A DNA stretch of 64,000 nucleotides from Promethearchaeota archaeon (GCA_019058365.1 JAHPZE010000007.1:103210-167209); one strand, 5' to 3'; shown: positions 52,168 through 63,423, numbered from the stretch's first letter. Numbers and translations are program-made. The notes: generated by a model not told the origin, from the sequence alone.

Positions 52168-55100
52168 TTGGAAAATATTGAATTAGATTTAACTAAACAC
52201 AATATAATAACCACCAAAAATAATTTAGAAAGTTTAATTGAATGCTATCGCCAACATGACAACTTTATCTTAATATCTTCAGATACTTCTTCTTATTATG
52301 TTTACTCAATTATCAAAGAATATCTAGATCAAGGGCTTTCAGTTAATTGTATTGTTGAAATTGATGTTTTTAGATCACTGAAAATCTTCCAACGGTTTGA
52401 TCTTTCAGTTGTACAAGAATCATTAATTAAAATTCCTTTTAATAAACGGAATTTTACTTTAGCTCAGCAAATTCTGGAAAAAAGTTTTGAACTTTTTTTA
52501 GAGCAAAATTATAACTATAAAGTCCCCTATATACCATTCCAATTATCTCCTAGTGCTCTCAGAATAGCAAAAAAAATTATTGAAAATAATTATATTAATC
52601 AGAATTTTTTCAATAAATTCTCTAAAAAACTTATAATAAAATTAAAAGAATATAAGATAAGTTATATTCCCGAATTTTTAGGTTCTTATATAGGAAAAAC
52701 TGAGGATAGAAAAAAAGATAAAAAGAAAGAGTTAACAATCAACTTTTCAACAATATACAACGAATTGTTAAAGTTACAAAAATCCAAAGAAGATGACCTT
52801 GAGGACGTTATAAATAGACTTGAACAAGATTATATTGTTGATTTAAAGAATTTTTATTTAGAGTGGGATCTTGATAATGATGAAGAACGCCCATTTTTAA
52901 TAAGTGATACAATCAAAATCTTATTTGGTTTCCTATTTAATAAAGATGATGAATATCATCCTCTAATTAAAGGAATTCTACCCAAACATCTATCAAATAA
53001 CGTTGTTTTAATTATATTTGATAACTTAGGTTATTTTGATTTAATTCGTGGTATTAAACAAAGCAAATTATGGTCAACATTAAATTCGGAGAATGAAATT
53101 CTAATTTGTCCTGCTTTTTCAAGTTTCATAACCTCAACAGGTTCCGCGCTTTCATATTTAATTCGTGAAGATAAAGAGAATAAATCATTAATAGATAAGA
53201 TAGTCGATCAGATGATTGAAGAAGATGATCCTATTTCTGTAATAACAAGTTCTCAATGGAATCAGAACCACCCTTTTAATAAAAAATTATTTGATTCAAA
53301 AAGAAGTGGATATCTTAGGATATCAGAAACTGTTTTTACTTTAAATACATTAAAACCTTATCTCAAAGAACTTGAAAATAATCATTATTTGGTGGTACAT
53401 TCTTGTATGGGGATTCCACACGAGAATGTCTCATTTGAAAAATTATACGAGGAAGTTGAACAGAATGTCATAAAAAGGATTTCTGAAGCGATTGATTTGT
53501 TTCCAGATTCTGTAATCATAGCAATCGGAGATCATGGCGTTCAATGGACACACCAAAAGATTGGAGGTGGAGAAAAATTAGACAATAATAAACGAATTTC
53601 AAATATCCCTATTAAAGATTATTCAATGGGGGAAGTCAATATAGATAAACACAAAATTCTTCAGTTATTACAATTGGAATCCCAAAATTTCTTTCCTCTA
53701 AAACCTTCCTATGTAATAGAATTACCGAATACAAAAATGTGTCATGGAGGTTTTTCTTTTTCCGAACTTGTCATTCCTTTAATAATATGTAAACCTATAA
53801 AAAAAAAGATTGATCTAGAATTAGAAGAAGATCAAGTGGCACTTGGTGTTCCTTCTTTAGAAGAATCTAAAGTTAAAAAGGAAGATTTTATCCCAATACA
53901 AAAGGTTAGGGATATAATTCTCCACTATTTAGAGACAAATGGTCCATCGCAGGTTTCGGAAATAACAGAGTATGTAAGTAATGCTAAAAACAAGGATTTC
54001 TCAGAAGGTGATATAAATGGGTTATTACGTAGTTTATTGAGATATGGTAATGTTGTGAAAGGAAATCCTTCTGAAGGATCAGGTAAAAGAGCCAAAGCAA
54101 TAATATGGCATTTACCTAAACATGAAGAAAAATATAGAAAGATGGTAGATGAAGCAGAAGAGAAAATTTTAAAATTTATTAGAGAAAAAAAGGCGTGCTT
54201 ATTTAAACCAATATATGAAGAACTGCCTCTTAAAAGAGGGATTACCCTTTCAATATTACAACGGCTAAATTTTCAGAAAAAGATAGAAATTAAAGAATTT
54301 GAACGAATTTTCTATATTCATAATAATTTAATTTATAGCAAAGCAAAGATTTACTACATACCTGGTAATGAGGAGTATGCAATAAAAAGAATTTCTGAAG
54401 TTCAATCTGGTTCAAGTGCCCAAAGGAGTGAGAAAGCCTTATTAAGTCGATTCGATAATCTAATTGAACAATTAAATAAGGAACTTGAGTTTGAAGTGCC
54501 TGAAATTATCAAATCTGAAGCAATAAAGATAGCATTCCGAAAAATTAAAAAAAGTGGGAGGACAGGGATAAAGCATGTCGATCTTTTAGGTGCGGTTCTT
54601 TCTTTATCATTTAGGAAATTTCATATCCCGATTTCATTTGATTCTATTAGTAAAGCAGCAGTTCACACCAGTCTACTTCTAAAAAGTAAAGATCCAAAAG
54701 AAATTAATAATATATATAAACTATATTCTATAAGGAAAAAGAATATCCGGAAATTAAGTACAGAAATTCGAAGATTATTAGCTTTAAAGATAAAACCACT
54801 AAGTTTTAAAGATTATTTTAAATTCATTATTATGCGTCTAGATTGCCCTTACTACATTTATCACTTTGGAAACCAGATTTTAAAGGAATCAAATAGTTTT
54901 GTTTTACCTGGAATTGATCCCGGTGGGTTTGCAGGAGCAATAATTTACTATATTATTCGAAAAATAAAACCACTTGGTATATGTTATAAGACTTACAATC
55001 AAAAAACTATAGCAAGAATTATTAATGTGACAGAAGTTACATTAAGAAAGGCATTTAAAATTCTTGAATTAAAGATTCATCCATACTTTTCTAGTGAAAT

Positions 55101-56595
55101 TAATGAAATCGAAAGATTTATTGAAGATTCTGTTGATTTCAAAGAATTGAGAATTATTACTCAAGAAGGAAATGTTAGTCTTTCTGAACATCAAAACAGC
55201 ATTGAAGTTATAATAAGAAGCTTGATTAAGAACACTTTAGATTATGAATTAACTTACTGTGAGGAACATTATAGTAATGGAAATATAAATCATAAATCTG
55301 TTGTATTTTTCTTAGAGAACGAAATAATTGAAGGATTGCTAAATGAAAATTACAATATCATATTAAGTTCTCAAGAATTTATTAAGTATCTCATACCAGG
55401 ACAATCGAGAGTATTTGTTTGCAAAAATACAGTAGATAGAAACTTACAATTCTCATTTACTCCGAAGGTAGTTTTAATAAATATTCCACTATCTTATGCT
55501 AAAAATCTTATTCAGTTTGCAGGTATAGAATTAGCCGAGTTCTATATACAATGCAAGGATTCAGAGTTTATCCATGCCATGATTTTAGATAATGATAGTA
55601 TTGAAGAACATTCAATCGCTCTTTTTGATCTATTAGAAAAATTAGAATTGAAAGAATATCAAAAAAGTCTCTTGATACCAGAAATTGAAGGTCAATTTTT
55701 AAATGAATACATTATTGAATTTGAAGAAACCCTTGATGATGATAGTACCAGTGAAAAAGAAGTAAAAACTATTAAAAAAACAGAACTCTTTCGAGAATGG
55801 TTGGAAGAGGAGATCGATGTTAATAAAGATACTAAGAAAAATGACCAAATTTCAACTCAAGATATAGTAAAACCTAAACTAAAAGATCTTATAGACGATT
55901 TTAAATTATTTATTGATAATATTGATTATTCTGAAATTCTAAAAACACCAAAGAATTGCTACTTTATCATTAATCAAAGTTTAGAAGCTTATAACACTAA
56001 TCTTTACCAACCCGCTTTTGAAACAATGTTAACATCATTAGAACGATTGCTCTACAACTATCATTTTATATTCTTAAAGACTACAGAACGTTTAGACATT
56101 CATAAATATTTAAAGGATTTATGGAAAGAACGACTAATTTCAAAAGATCTTCGCGATCAAATAAATATTATAGCACGTTGTAGAAATGAAGTTAAACATG
56201 GGAGAAGAGATGTTGATCTTAATTATTTTAATACGTATTTTCTGTTAATTCTCGATTCGATTAAGAGATTAAGCTATGAATATTTTCAAATTCCAGCAAT
56301 TCATAAGGTAATAGAGCAGTTAAATAATCTAGAATTTGTTAAAGAACACAACCTTATTCCAATAAAACATGATCCTCAGATCCTTAAAAAATGGCTATTT
56401 AATAAGATTGAACAAATGTTTATATATGAAAGAGATGAGACCATAAACAATATTAATACCTTTAACATTATCATAGAATTTTTCATAGCTTCATTAAAGG
56501 ATAAAAAACAGAAACAATTCTACTTCAGTCTTGAATGTGAAATGAAAAGAGAAGGTAAAAATTATCTTATAATAAAAATGGAAGAAATGGATTGA
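52168..56595 (+). CDS. pglZ: PglZ-domain phosphatase fused to two wHTH domains, TFB/TFIIB cyclin repeats and a HEPN domain
   Basis: PglZ 'IIFDNLGY', 'GDHG', 'HGGFSFSELVIP'; TFB 'GIDPGGFAGAIIY...QKTIARIINVTEVTLRK'; HEPN 'RNEVKH'. Confidence 0.85.
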   Translation: MENIELDLTKHNIITTKNNLESLIECYRQHDNFILISSDTSSYYVYSIIKEYLDQGLSVNCIVEIDVFRSLKIFQRFDLSVVQESLIKIPFNKRNFTLAQQILEKSFELFLEQNYNYKVPYIPFQLSPSALRIAKKIIENNYINQNFFNKFSKKLIIKLKEYKISYIPEFLGSYIGKTEDRKKDKKKELTINFSTIYNELLKLQKSKEDDLEDVINRLEQDYIVDLKNFYLEWDLDNDEERPFLISDTIKILFGFLFNKDDEYHPLIKGILPKHLSNNVVLIIFDNLGYFDLIRGIKQSKLWSTLNSENEILICPAFSSFITSTGSALSYLIREDKENKSLIDKIVDQMIEEDDPISVITSSQWNQNHPFNKKLFDSKRSGYLRISETVFTLNTLKPYLKELENNHYLVVHSCMGIPHENVSFEKLYEEVEQNVIKRISEAIDLFPDSVIIAIGDHGVQWTHQKIGGGEKLDNNKRISNIPIKDYSMGEVNIDKHKILQLLQLESQNFFPLKPSYVIELPNTKMCHGGFSFSELVIPLIICKPIKKKIDLELEEDQVALGVPSLEESKVKKEDFIPIQKVRDIILHYLETNGPSQVSEITEYVSNAKNKDFSEGDINGLLRSLLRYGNVVKGNPSEGSGKRAKAIIWHLPKHEEKYRKMVDEAEEKILKFIREKKACLFKPIYEELPLKRGITLSILQRLNFQKKIEIKEFERIFYIHNNLIYSKAKIYYIPGNEEYAIKRISEVQSGSSAQRSEKALLSRFDNLIEQLNKELEFEVPEIIKSEAIKIAFRKIKKSGRTGIKHVDLLGAVLSLSFRKFHIPISFDSISKAAVHTSLLLKSKDPKEINNIYKLYSIRKKNIRKLSTEIRRLLALKIKPLSFKDYFKFIIMRLDCPYYIYHFGNQILKESNSFVLPGIDPGGFAGAIIYYIIRKIKPLGICYKTYNQKTIARIINVTEVTLRKAFKILELKIHPYFSSEINEIERFIEDSVDFKELRIITQEGNVSLSEHQNSIEVIIRSLIKNTLDYELTYCEEHYSNGNINHKSVVFFLENEIIEGLLNENYNIILSSQEFIKYLIPGQSRVFVCKNTVDRNLQFSFTPKVVLINIPLSYAKNLIQFAGIELAEFYIQCKDSEFIHAMILDNDSIEEHSIALFDLLEKLELKEYQKSLLIPEIEGQFLNEYIIEFEETLDDDSTSEKEVKTIKKTELFREWLEEEIDVNKDTKKNDQISTQDIVKPKLKDLIDDFKLFIDNIDYSEILKTPKNCYFIINQSLEAYNTNLYQPAFETMLTSLERLLYNYHFIFLKTTERLDIHKYLKDLWKERLISKDLRDQINIIARCRNEVKHGRRDVDLNYFNTYFLLILDSIKRLSYEYFQIPAIHKVIEQLNNLEFVKEHNLIPIKHDPQILKKWLFNKIEQMFIYERDETINNINTFNIIIEFFIASLKDKKQKQFYFSLECEMKREGKNYLIIKMEEMD

Positions 56596-57086
56596 AATAA
56601 TGATTTTAAAGATGTTATATTGCTTCTATTGGAAAAAAAATTACAAAATTAGAAATCATGCATGATTTCTCTTACAATTCTGATTTTTATTAGAAAGAAA
56701 GAATTTGAGGGATTACATCCAATTTTTCAAGAAATTTTGAATAAATTTTAACTTTTGAATTCTAAAGTCACCCAAATCTTAAATTTAATTTATAAGGCTG
56801 AATCTTTATGTATTTTACAAAATATGATTATTATTACCTATGGCAGAAATCAATTAATGAAAACTTTCCATCAAAGATAGATATACAAAATCTTAAAAAA
56901 AGTATTAAAAAGGAATTAAATAACAAATTACATGATGAATCTAGGGAAATTTAAAATTTAATTTTCCTTAACGTCTATAGGGATAACAATGATGATTTAA
57001 AAGAAATTATTAATAAAAATGTTAATAAAATCAATGGATTATGATATTAATATGAGTATCGATACTAATCGCCCCTTAGGGACAAA
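56596..57086 (+). pseudogene. Probable decayed coding sequence (lost N-terminus of the TPR gene or a separate gene)
   Basis: Coding-like fragments in shifting frames (e.g. 'YYYLWQKSINENFPSKIDIQNLKKSIKKELNNKLHDESREI*') leading into the TPR ORF, which has only a TTG start. Confidence 0.4.
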
Positions 57087-60000
57087 TTGTTCATTTTAGA
57101 ACGATATATACTTAAAAAGCGAATTGAAATAATGAAGATGTTAGAGGATAAAGATGAAAAAGATTTAATCTTCCTCTGTATTTCCTTACTTTTACAAAAT
57201 TTGTTCCTTAAAAAGTTAAGACTAGATCCGGGATATCGATTGAAAGTTTTATTGGAACTAGACAAAGATTTAAAAGTATTAAGACAAGCAAAAAGAGATT
57301 TAATTCTTTTATTTGAAGATTCTTCCCTTATTAAGGAATTTTCAGAGACAGTTAAAAAATCTAAAAGGGAGGATTTTAAGTTTGAGGAAAGACGCCTATT
57401 TATGAATGTAATAAATGAAAGGCAATATTTTAAAGTCTTCACTTCCGTATTTTTAAAAGAGAACGAGAAGATTCTCTGGTTTTATCTCTTATGGGGAGAG
57501 TTTATGGAAAATGGAAAAATCTCAGAAGCTATAGCCACTGAAGCTATGTTATTAGAGCTAATAGGGGGATATTTTCAATGTTACTTTCTTTTTTGGAAAG
57601 AATCACCATATGAAACGCCAAGAAATGCACACTATTATCTACTAAATGGAATAAGAGAAATTGTCAAAATGATCAATCCTTTCTTCTTAGATTATATAGA
57701 ATCTCAGAGGGCAAACATCCAGTTGACAGAGGAAATACAAGATATTATTGATAGCTTAAACTTTAACAAATTAATAAAACAATTAGATGAAATTTCAAAC
57801 CATTTAAAGGATATTTATGATTGCGAAATCGATAAGTTCAATAATAAACAATTATACAAATCAATTTTAACAATCTGCGCTCTAACATACTTCAATAATC
57901 TCCCTTTGGAGCAAAAAGTTTTGCAATTAAATAAAATTCAAGGTGTATCAAAATTTATAGAATTGGTGCGGTTGTACCCTACAGTTTACCCAGATAGAAT
58001 GTTTTCTATTGATCTTCCCACATGGTACAGAAATGGGCTTCTTCCTAGCTTTAAATCCCTAATTGAAGAAAAAATTAAGTCTCTTGATCATATAAGATCA
58101 ATTTCTTATCTAAAAAAAAATGAAGAAGAGCTGACTCATTTTATTTTAGCAAAATATTTATATAAAATTTTAATCTTGGAAAAAAAATATTCTTTAGCCT
58201 TCAAACTACTTAGTGAACGTTTTGAATTTATAGAAAACCTAGTGAATACGAAATTCAAAAACTATGATATGTGTAATGGAGAAGATCATTTTCAAGTGGA
58301 GATGTTATTCCTACTTGGTCAGATTGCTGCAGTTTCTAAGAAAGAAGCTGTCTTAAATCATATTATTAAAATTTTTAATAAGATGGGATTATCAGAAACG
58401 AATCCCTTAACTACGTATAAATTTCTAGCATTGAAGAGTATTTTATACCGTATAACTGGGGATTACAAAAAAGAATCTTTTCTCTTTCAGAGTATAAGAG
58501 TTGAGATTACTAAATTATTAAAAGAAAAAAAATTAAACCCAATAGAAATTATGGAATATCTTCTTCCTGCCCAATTGTTATTTTCTGAGAATTTTAATCC
58601 TAAGGTTATTAAACAACAGTCCATTATTCAACAATCAATTCTAACTTTTGAGAGGGAGTCTTTAATTCCTTATAATATTGAACCTTATATCATATATTTA
58701 GATTTAAGAAAAGAATTACTACGTAAAGCTCCTAATATTGGTGCTTTAGAGATAAGAGATAAAAGTTTCGAGTTATTAAATCTCAATTATATGAGTCTTC
58801 AATCACAAAGTTTGGGGAGTTTTAGAGAAGCACTTTTTTATGTTCCTGATATTATCACTTTAATTAATATTTATGAAAAAACCGATGAAAAAAGAATTCT
58901 GATGGAAACTATCGCATTTCCATATTTATATTTAGGTGATTATAAAAATTCGAAAGCTTATTTAGAAAAAGCATTAGAATTTAATCCGACTGATGCATAT
59001 TATAATGAATATTTGATATTAGTTAATTTGGCCTTGGAAGATTTTTCAGAAGCTTATAAGCATTTATTCAAACAATATCAGATGGATAAATTTCGCAGAA
59101 CTACTACAACAGCTACGTATATTGAATCATCCTATCGTCTATTACTATTTTGGTTTCAAGAATCTAAATTTGATGATGTAATTAACTCACTATTAGATAA
59201 TCTTCCTGAATTTGACAAATTGCTCCTTTATATTGATAAAATATATTGTGATATTGGAACTACATTTGCTAATTTAGGATTTTTTGAAAAAGCATTGTAT
59301 TATTATTTGAAATCATATAAAATAACTACAGACAGTGAGTTAAAAGCTTCATTACTAAATAATATTGGGACTCTACATAGTGATCAAAATAATATTGGAA
59401 AAGCTATAGAGACTTTTGAGAATGCTTTAGGATTAAACCAGGACAACAAAATGTTTTGGTTCAACCTTGCAAAAATGTATGAACTAAAACATAATTATAT
59501 TAAAGCAAAAGATATCTATGAAAACGCCAGTAAACACTTTGAAAGTAAGGATAAAGAAATTGCAGAATATATGAAATTGCAAAGTAGTCTAGCGGAATTG
59601 GATTCAAAAGGAATCCTTAGTTTAAATTTGGTAAAAGATGAGGATGCGCTAGAACATTTTAAGATTGCCCGTGAATTATTCTTAAATCGAAATACTATAA
59701 AATTTCTTTCAGATAATACAGGGAGTATTATCCATCATCTTACTAATGGATTTGATTGTCTATTTCATTCTAATATTTCTCTTTTATTAAATAAAATTTT
59801 AAGGAAAACATACCCGAATAATAATCGGCTCCCACCTAATATTTGGAAGGCTTTACCTCGAGGAGTTAGGGAAATCTGGAGAGGAAAGCACATGTCGCTT
59901 GGAAATATTTTATACTTAATCAACGATATGTTAGCAGTTAATCCTAATAATTTAGTAAAAACTTTTAGGGATGAAATATATCAGGTTTTAAGTTCTGAGG

Positions 60001-60159
60001 ATTTGAAAATTATTAAGAAAATGGCCGAAATTTGTTCAGATATACGAAATCCCGCAAGTCAATGGAGGAATTATAAATAACCAGACTTTATTGAATGCTT
60101 TACCTGAAATAATTGGAAATTTGAACAAATGTATACTTATCTTTAATAAATTCACTTAA
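57087..60159 (+). pseudogene. TPR-repeat protein with C-terminal HEPN domain, +1 frameshift at 60061-60062
   Basis: TPRs 'YLEKALEFNP', 'LLNNIGTLH...FENALGLN'; removing one A restores RNPASHGGIINNQTLLNALPEIIGNLNKCILIFNKFT* ending at 60159. Confidence 0.8.
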
Positions 60160-60417
60160 AAACAATGTTGATCTAAAGCAGAGATAACGAGTTACAAATT
60201 TTTTTAATTTCTAACTATGCACATATCGAAATTATTTAAAAGAAAAATTTTCCTATTATCGTATGTAATTCTTTTTCTCCACTTACAATATATTTAACTA
60301 ATTTCACAAAACTCACTATAATTTAAAATAACTATGAGAAGAATTATTACAGGGGATTTTTCTGTAGAAAATATTCATATTTAGGCTAATCTATTCTTTA
60401 AATATAAATCGAATTAT

Positions 60418-61033
60418 TCTATAAATTGTATTTCCTGTTATCTATATCTTTTATAAAATCATTTATAATTTTTTGTTCCCTTTTAGCCTCATCCTCTATT
60501 TCCATTGTCTCTTCGAGTAATTTAAAGAAATTTATTTCTTTTACCGTTATATCTTGTTTAAACCCCTTATCAGCTTCCATAGTGTAGAAATTCACATCCT
60601 TTTATATCTCCGTCTTTTTCTTCATTTTTTGTAAGTTCAAATGCTTTTCCTCCTGCGTAAAAATAATCAATACCTAATGGAAAAGCTCTATGAAGCATTC
60701 CTTCTCTTTCTTCTAATGCCATTAAATCTTCCAGACATTTTAATTTTTTTATTTGTTCATCTGTGCTTAATTCTTTTACTTGTATTGTTTGCTCATCATA
60801 TCTAGAATAAATATATTCAAAGATATCTTTTTTTAATTTTTGTATTCTCTTAGTTTGATCTTTTTTCTCTAAATAAGATTCCTGGCAATAACGACAGTAT
60901 CTATCTTTTGCGAGATTATCAGTTTTAGTTAAAAGCTGAAAAAATAAATAGATTCCTTTAAATAAAGGTTCATGAGTTCATCAAATGGTTTTAAATAAGA
61001 TAAGTATTCATCCTGCTTAATGTAAAATTTCAT
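60418..61033 (-). pseudogene. Frameshifted hypothetical gene
   Basis: ATG 61033 'MKFYIKQDEYL...' shifts into an open frame of about 120 codons 'LTKTDNLAKDRYCRYCQESY...GIDYFYAGG', then into 'MEADKGFKQDITVKE...'. Confidence 0.55.
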
Positions 61034-61077
61034 ACTTAATAGTAAATAATTATAAAATATATTTAATAGAAGTATTT

Positions 61078-61731
61078 ATGTCCTTAGAAATTAAATCTGT
61101 TGAAATTAATATTACTAGTGATATGTTGGGTTTGACAAGAGATAGACATACCCGTATGATTTTAAGAAAAACTTTGGAAGATATGGTTATTTATGAAGGT
61201 AAATATAGATATAATGTAAAATACCCCTTACCAGCCAATTTACAATCTCTCATTAATCAATTTTGCGAACATCCAGCTTTAGGAGCTATAAATAATGTTA
61301 ATTCGTATTTTGATAAAACCATAAAAGCAGGTTATACATCAGGAGGGAGAAGGGCTTATTCAAGACCGAGACTATACGAAAAAAAAAAGATCACTCCTAG
61401 TACAAGTGACATTAGCGCAGTTGGAGAAGGTATTGTTGGTTTTTATTTCGAAAATATTAAAAAGTATACGTTTGAAATTCGTCCATTCGGCGTATCACCC
61501 GATTTAATATTTAGAGATCGCTTAAAAAAGCCATCTCCTACTCATTTAATCGAAGTAAAAGCAAGCCTCTCAGATAATAATCCGAGTCTGACAATTGCTA
61601 TTGACATACTTTCAATTTTAGCTAAAACATCATTTCTAAGGAAGGGAAAATATTTTTCCCATATTTGCCAAGTATATATTAAACAGATTGACAATTTGAT
61701 TATAAAAGACTTAGTTATGGAAGGAGTATAA
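61078..61731 (+). CDS. PD-(D/E)xK nuclease-family protein
   Basis: 'AVGEG...SPDLIF...LIEVKAS'. Confidence 0.8.
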   Translation: MSLEIKSVEINITSDMLGLTRDRHTRMILRKTLEDMVIYEGKYRYNVKYPLPANLQSLINQFCEHPALGAINNVNSYFDKTIKAGYTSGGRRAYSRPRLYEKKKITPSTSDISAVGEGIVGFYFENIKKYTFEIRPFGVSPDLIFRDRLKKPSPTHLIEVKASLSDNNPSLTIAIDILSILAKTSFLRKGKYFSHICQVYIKQIDNLIIKDLVMEGV

Positions 61732-62060
61732 TGAACAAGAGCCCTAAATATTATCAAAAGAATAAAGAATATGATAAAGCATTAGATATATTTGTTCAAA
61801 ACTATATGGAAGAATTATATAATGGGGATTTTTATTTAAGTCAGCATTACATGGATGAAATTATCCAATCAATTTTGGAAAAGTTAGAGATTAAAAAAAA
61901 TTATGAAAAATTAGGTAGTGTTGAATTAGATTCGATTGTAAGGAGATTATTAAAAGATAAAAAAATCAATTTTAACAATTATTCTAAACAAATTGAAATT
62001 GATTTAAAAATCTCTATAACAAAACGATTTCCTCAATCCAAAGTTAATCTGATCGAATGA
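61731..62060 (+). CDS. Hypothetical protein translationally coupled to the nuclease
   Basis: TAATG stop/start overlap. Confidence 0.65.
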   Translation: MNKSPKYYQKNKEYDKALDIFVQNYMEELYNGDFYLSQHYMDEIIQSILEKLEIKKNYEKLGSVELDSIVRRLLKDKKINFNNYSKQIEIDLKISITKRFPQSKVNLIE

Positions 62061-62096
62061 ATAATTTAAGCATTTATATAATTAACTATTACTTAA

Positions 62097-62164
62097 TTAC
62101 CGTATATATCTAATTAAAAATTCCTCAATCTTTTCTCTTTTATAGCTTCGCTCTTTTTATACAT
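62097..62164 (-). pseudogene. Internally deleted remnant of the 63514-63762 gene family
   Basis: 5' 'MYKKSEAIK' joined out of frame to 3' 'EKIEEFLIRYIR*'; flank AGACAATAGATT shared with the 44.7-kb copy. Confidence 0.85.
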
Positions 62165-62367
62165 TACATCGAGACAATAGATTCGAAAGATTAAAAAGTA
62201 GAAGAGAGATATAATTTTTATTTAAACTTACCAAGATTATTTGCATATATTTAACAGAATAAAAAAATAATAGTAGATAATGACAAAACTCAATGCTCAT
62301 AATATTCTTTAAGTAAGAATCTTAGCTAATCTTATTTAAAAGACTATCTAATAAGTTCTGAAGAAAA

Positions 62368-63423
62368 TTATATTTTCTTAACTCTAAAATCTCCATCAAT
62401 ATGAATTTCTATATAACTTGGGGTTTTATCAGCAACCCAACAACCGGCATTCATCATAACGACATTATTAACATTACTCACATCAGTCTCATGGGAGTGC
62501 CCAAATATAACATGAGTGATTGGTTGAAGTGAATATTTTTCTAAGAATTGAAGAATCCTCCTGAAATATATCTCATTTTTTATATTTCTTCCATTATTAT
62601 GCAATCTTTTATCAATCTTTATTAAATCTTTTTCCATTCTTGATGGAGAAAAGTCAGAGATATCAAGTTTCCTTTCTGACGCCACATATTCGATATTTTC
62701 ATCAGTAATCAATAAATTGAATTGTTTTAATCCATACCATAATTCATTTAAAAGAACTCGTTCCACATCCTCCTCAACAAAACTCTTCCATACTGGAGCA
62801 AAAAAGAAATGATGCTTAAACCAAGCTTCAAATTGATATCCGTGAGCCATGAAATATTGGTAACTATTCTTTAGGTTTTTATTTTCAAGTATTATAGTTC
62901 CTTTATCATTTTCTCTTAAAATCAATCCTAATTCATTGAACTGAATATCATAAATAGAGTCAAATACTGATATTACTGTGTTGTTTGAAGAATTTTGACC
63001 AAAAATTACATACTGACACACAGTAAATTCATTTAGAAAATTATAATAAAATCTATTCACTCTTAATTTTTCTAAAAAATCTTTCTTACGTTTCTCAAAT
63101 TCAAAATTATAAAAACCACCTGTAGGTATTTCATGATTCCCTAAAGCGAAAATTATTTCAACACCATTATTATTTATTGCTTGTAAAATATTATATATAT
63201 CCACGAATACTTTATTGCTACATAAATTTTCAATTGTATTCCAAATTAGATCAAAGAAATCTCCAAGAATAACAAGAGCCTTTAAATATGGTAAATTCCT
63301 ACTCATTCGAGATTCAAATATATTTGAAAGAAAAACTAAAAATTCTTCTCTTCTGCAATAAATATCTCCCAGGTGCACATCAGAAAAAACCAATATTCGT
63401 GTGGAATTATCTATATGGAACAA
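62368..63423 (-). CDS. Calcineurin-like metallophosphoesterase
   Basis: 'SDVHLG', 'LGDFFD', 'GNHE', 'AHG', 'FGHSH'. Confidence 0.92.
   Translation of the reverse strand: MFHIDNSTRILVFSDVHLGDIYCRREEFLVFLSNIFESRMSRNLPYLKALVILGDFFDLIWNTIENLCSNKVFVDIYNILQAINNNGVEIIFALGNHEIPTGGFYNFEFEKRKKDFLEKLRVNRFYYNFLNEFTVCQYVIFGQNSSNNTVISVFDSIYDIQFNELGLILRENDKGTIILENKNLKNSYQYFMAHGYQFEAWFKHHFFFAPVWKSFVEEDVERVLLNELWYGLKQFNLLITDENIEYVASERKLDISDFSPSRMEKDLIKIDKRLHNNGRNIKNEIYFRRILQFLEKYSLQPITHVIFGHSHETDVSNVNNVVMMNAGCWVADKTPSYIEIHIDGDFRVKKI

Noticed and set aside
54427-55077. A functional stand-alone tfb gene merged by misannotation
   Set aside because: No stop or start boundary, no N-terminal Zn ribbon, and the frame is continuous with PglZ and HEPN
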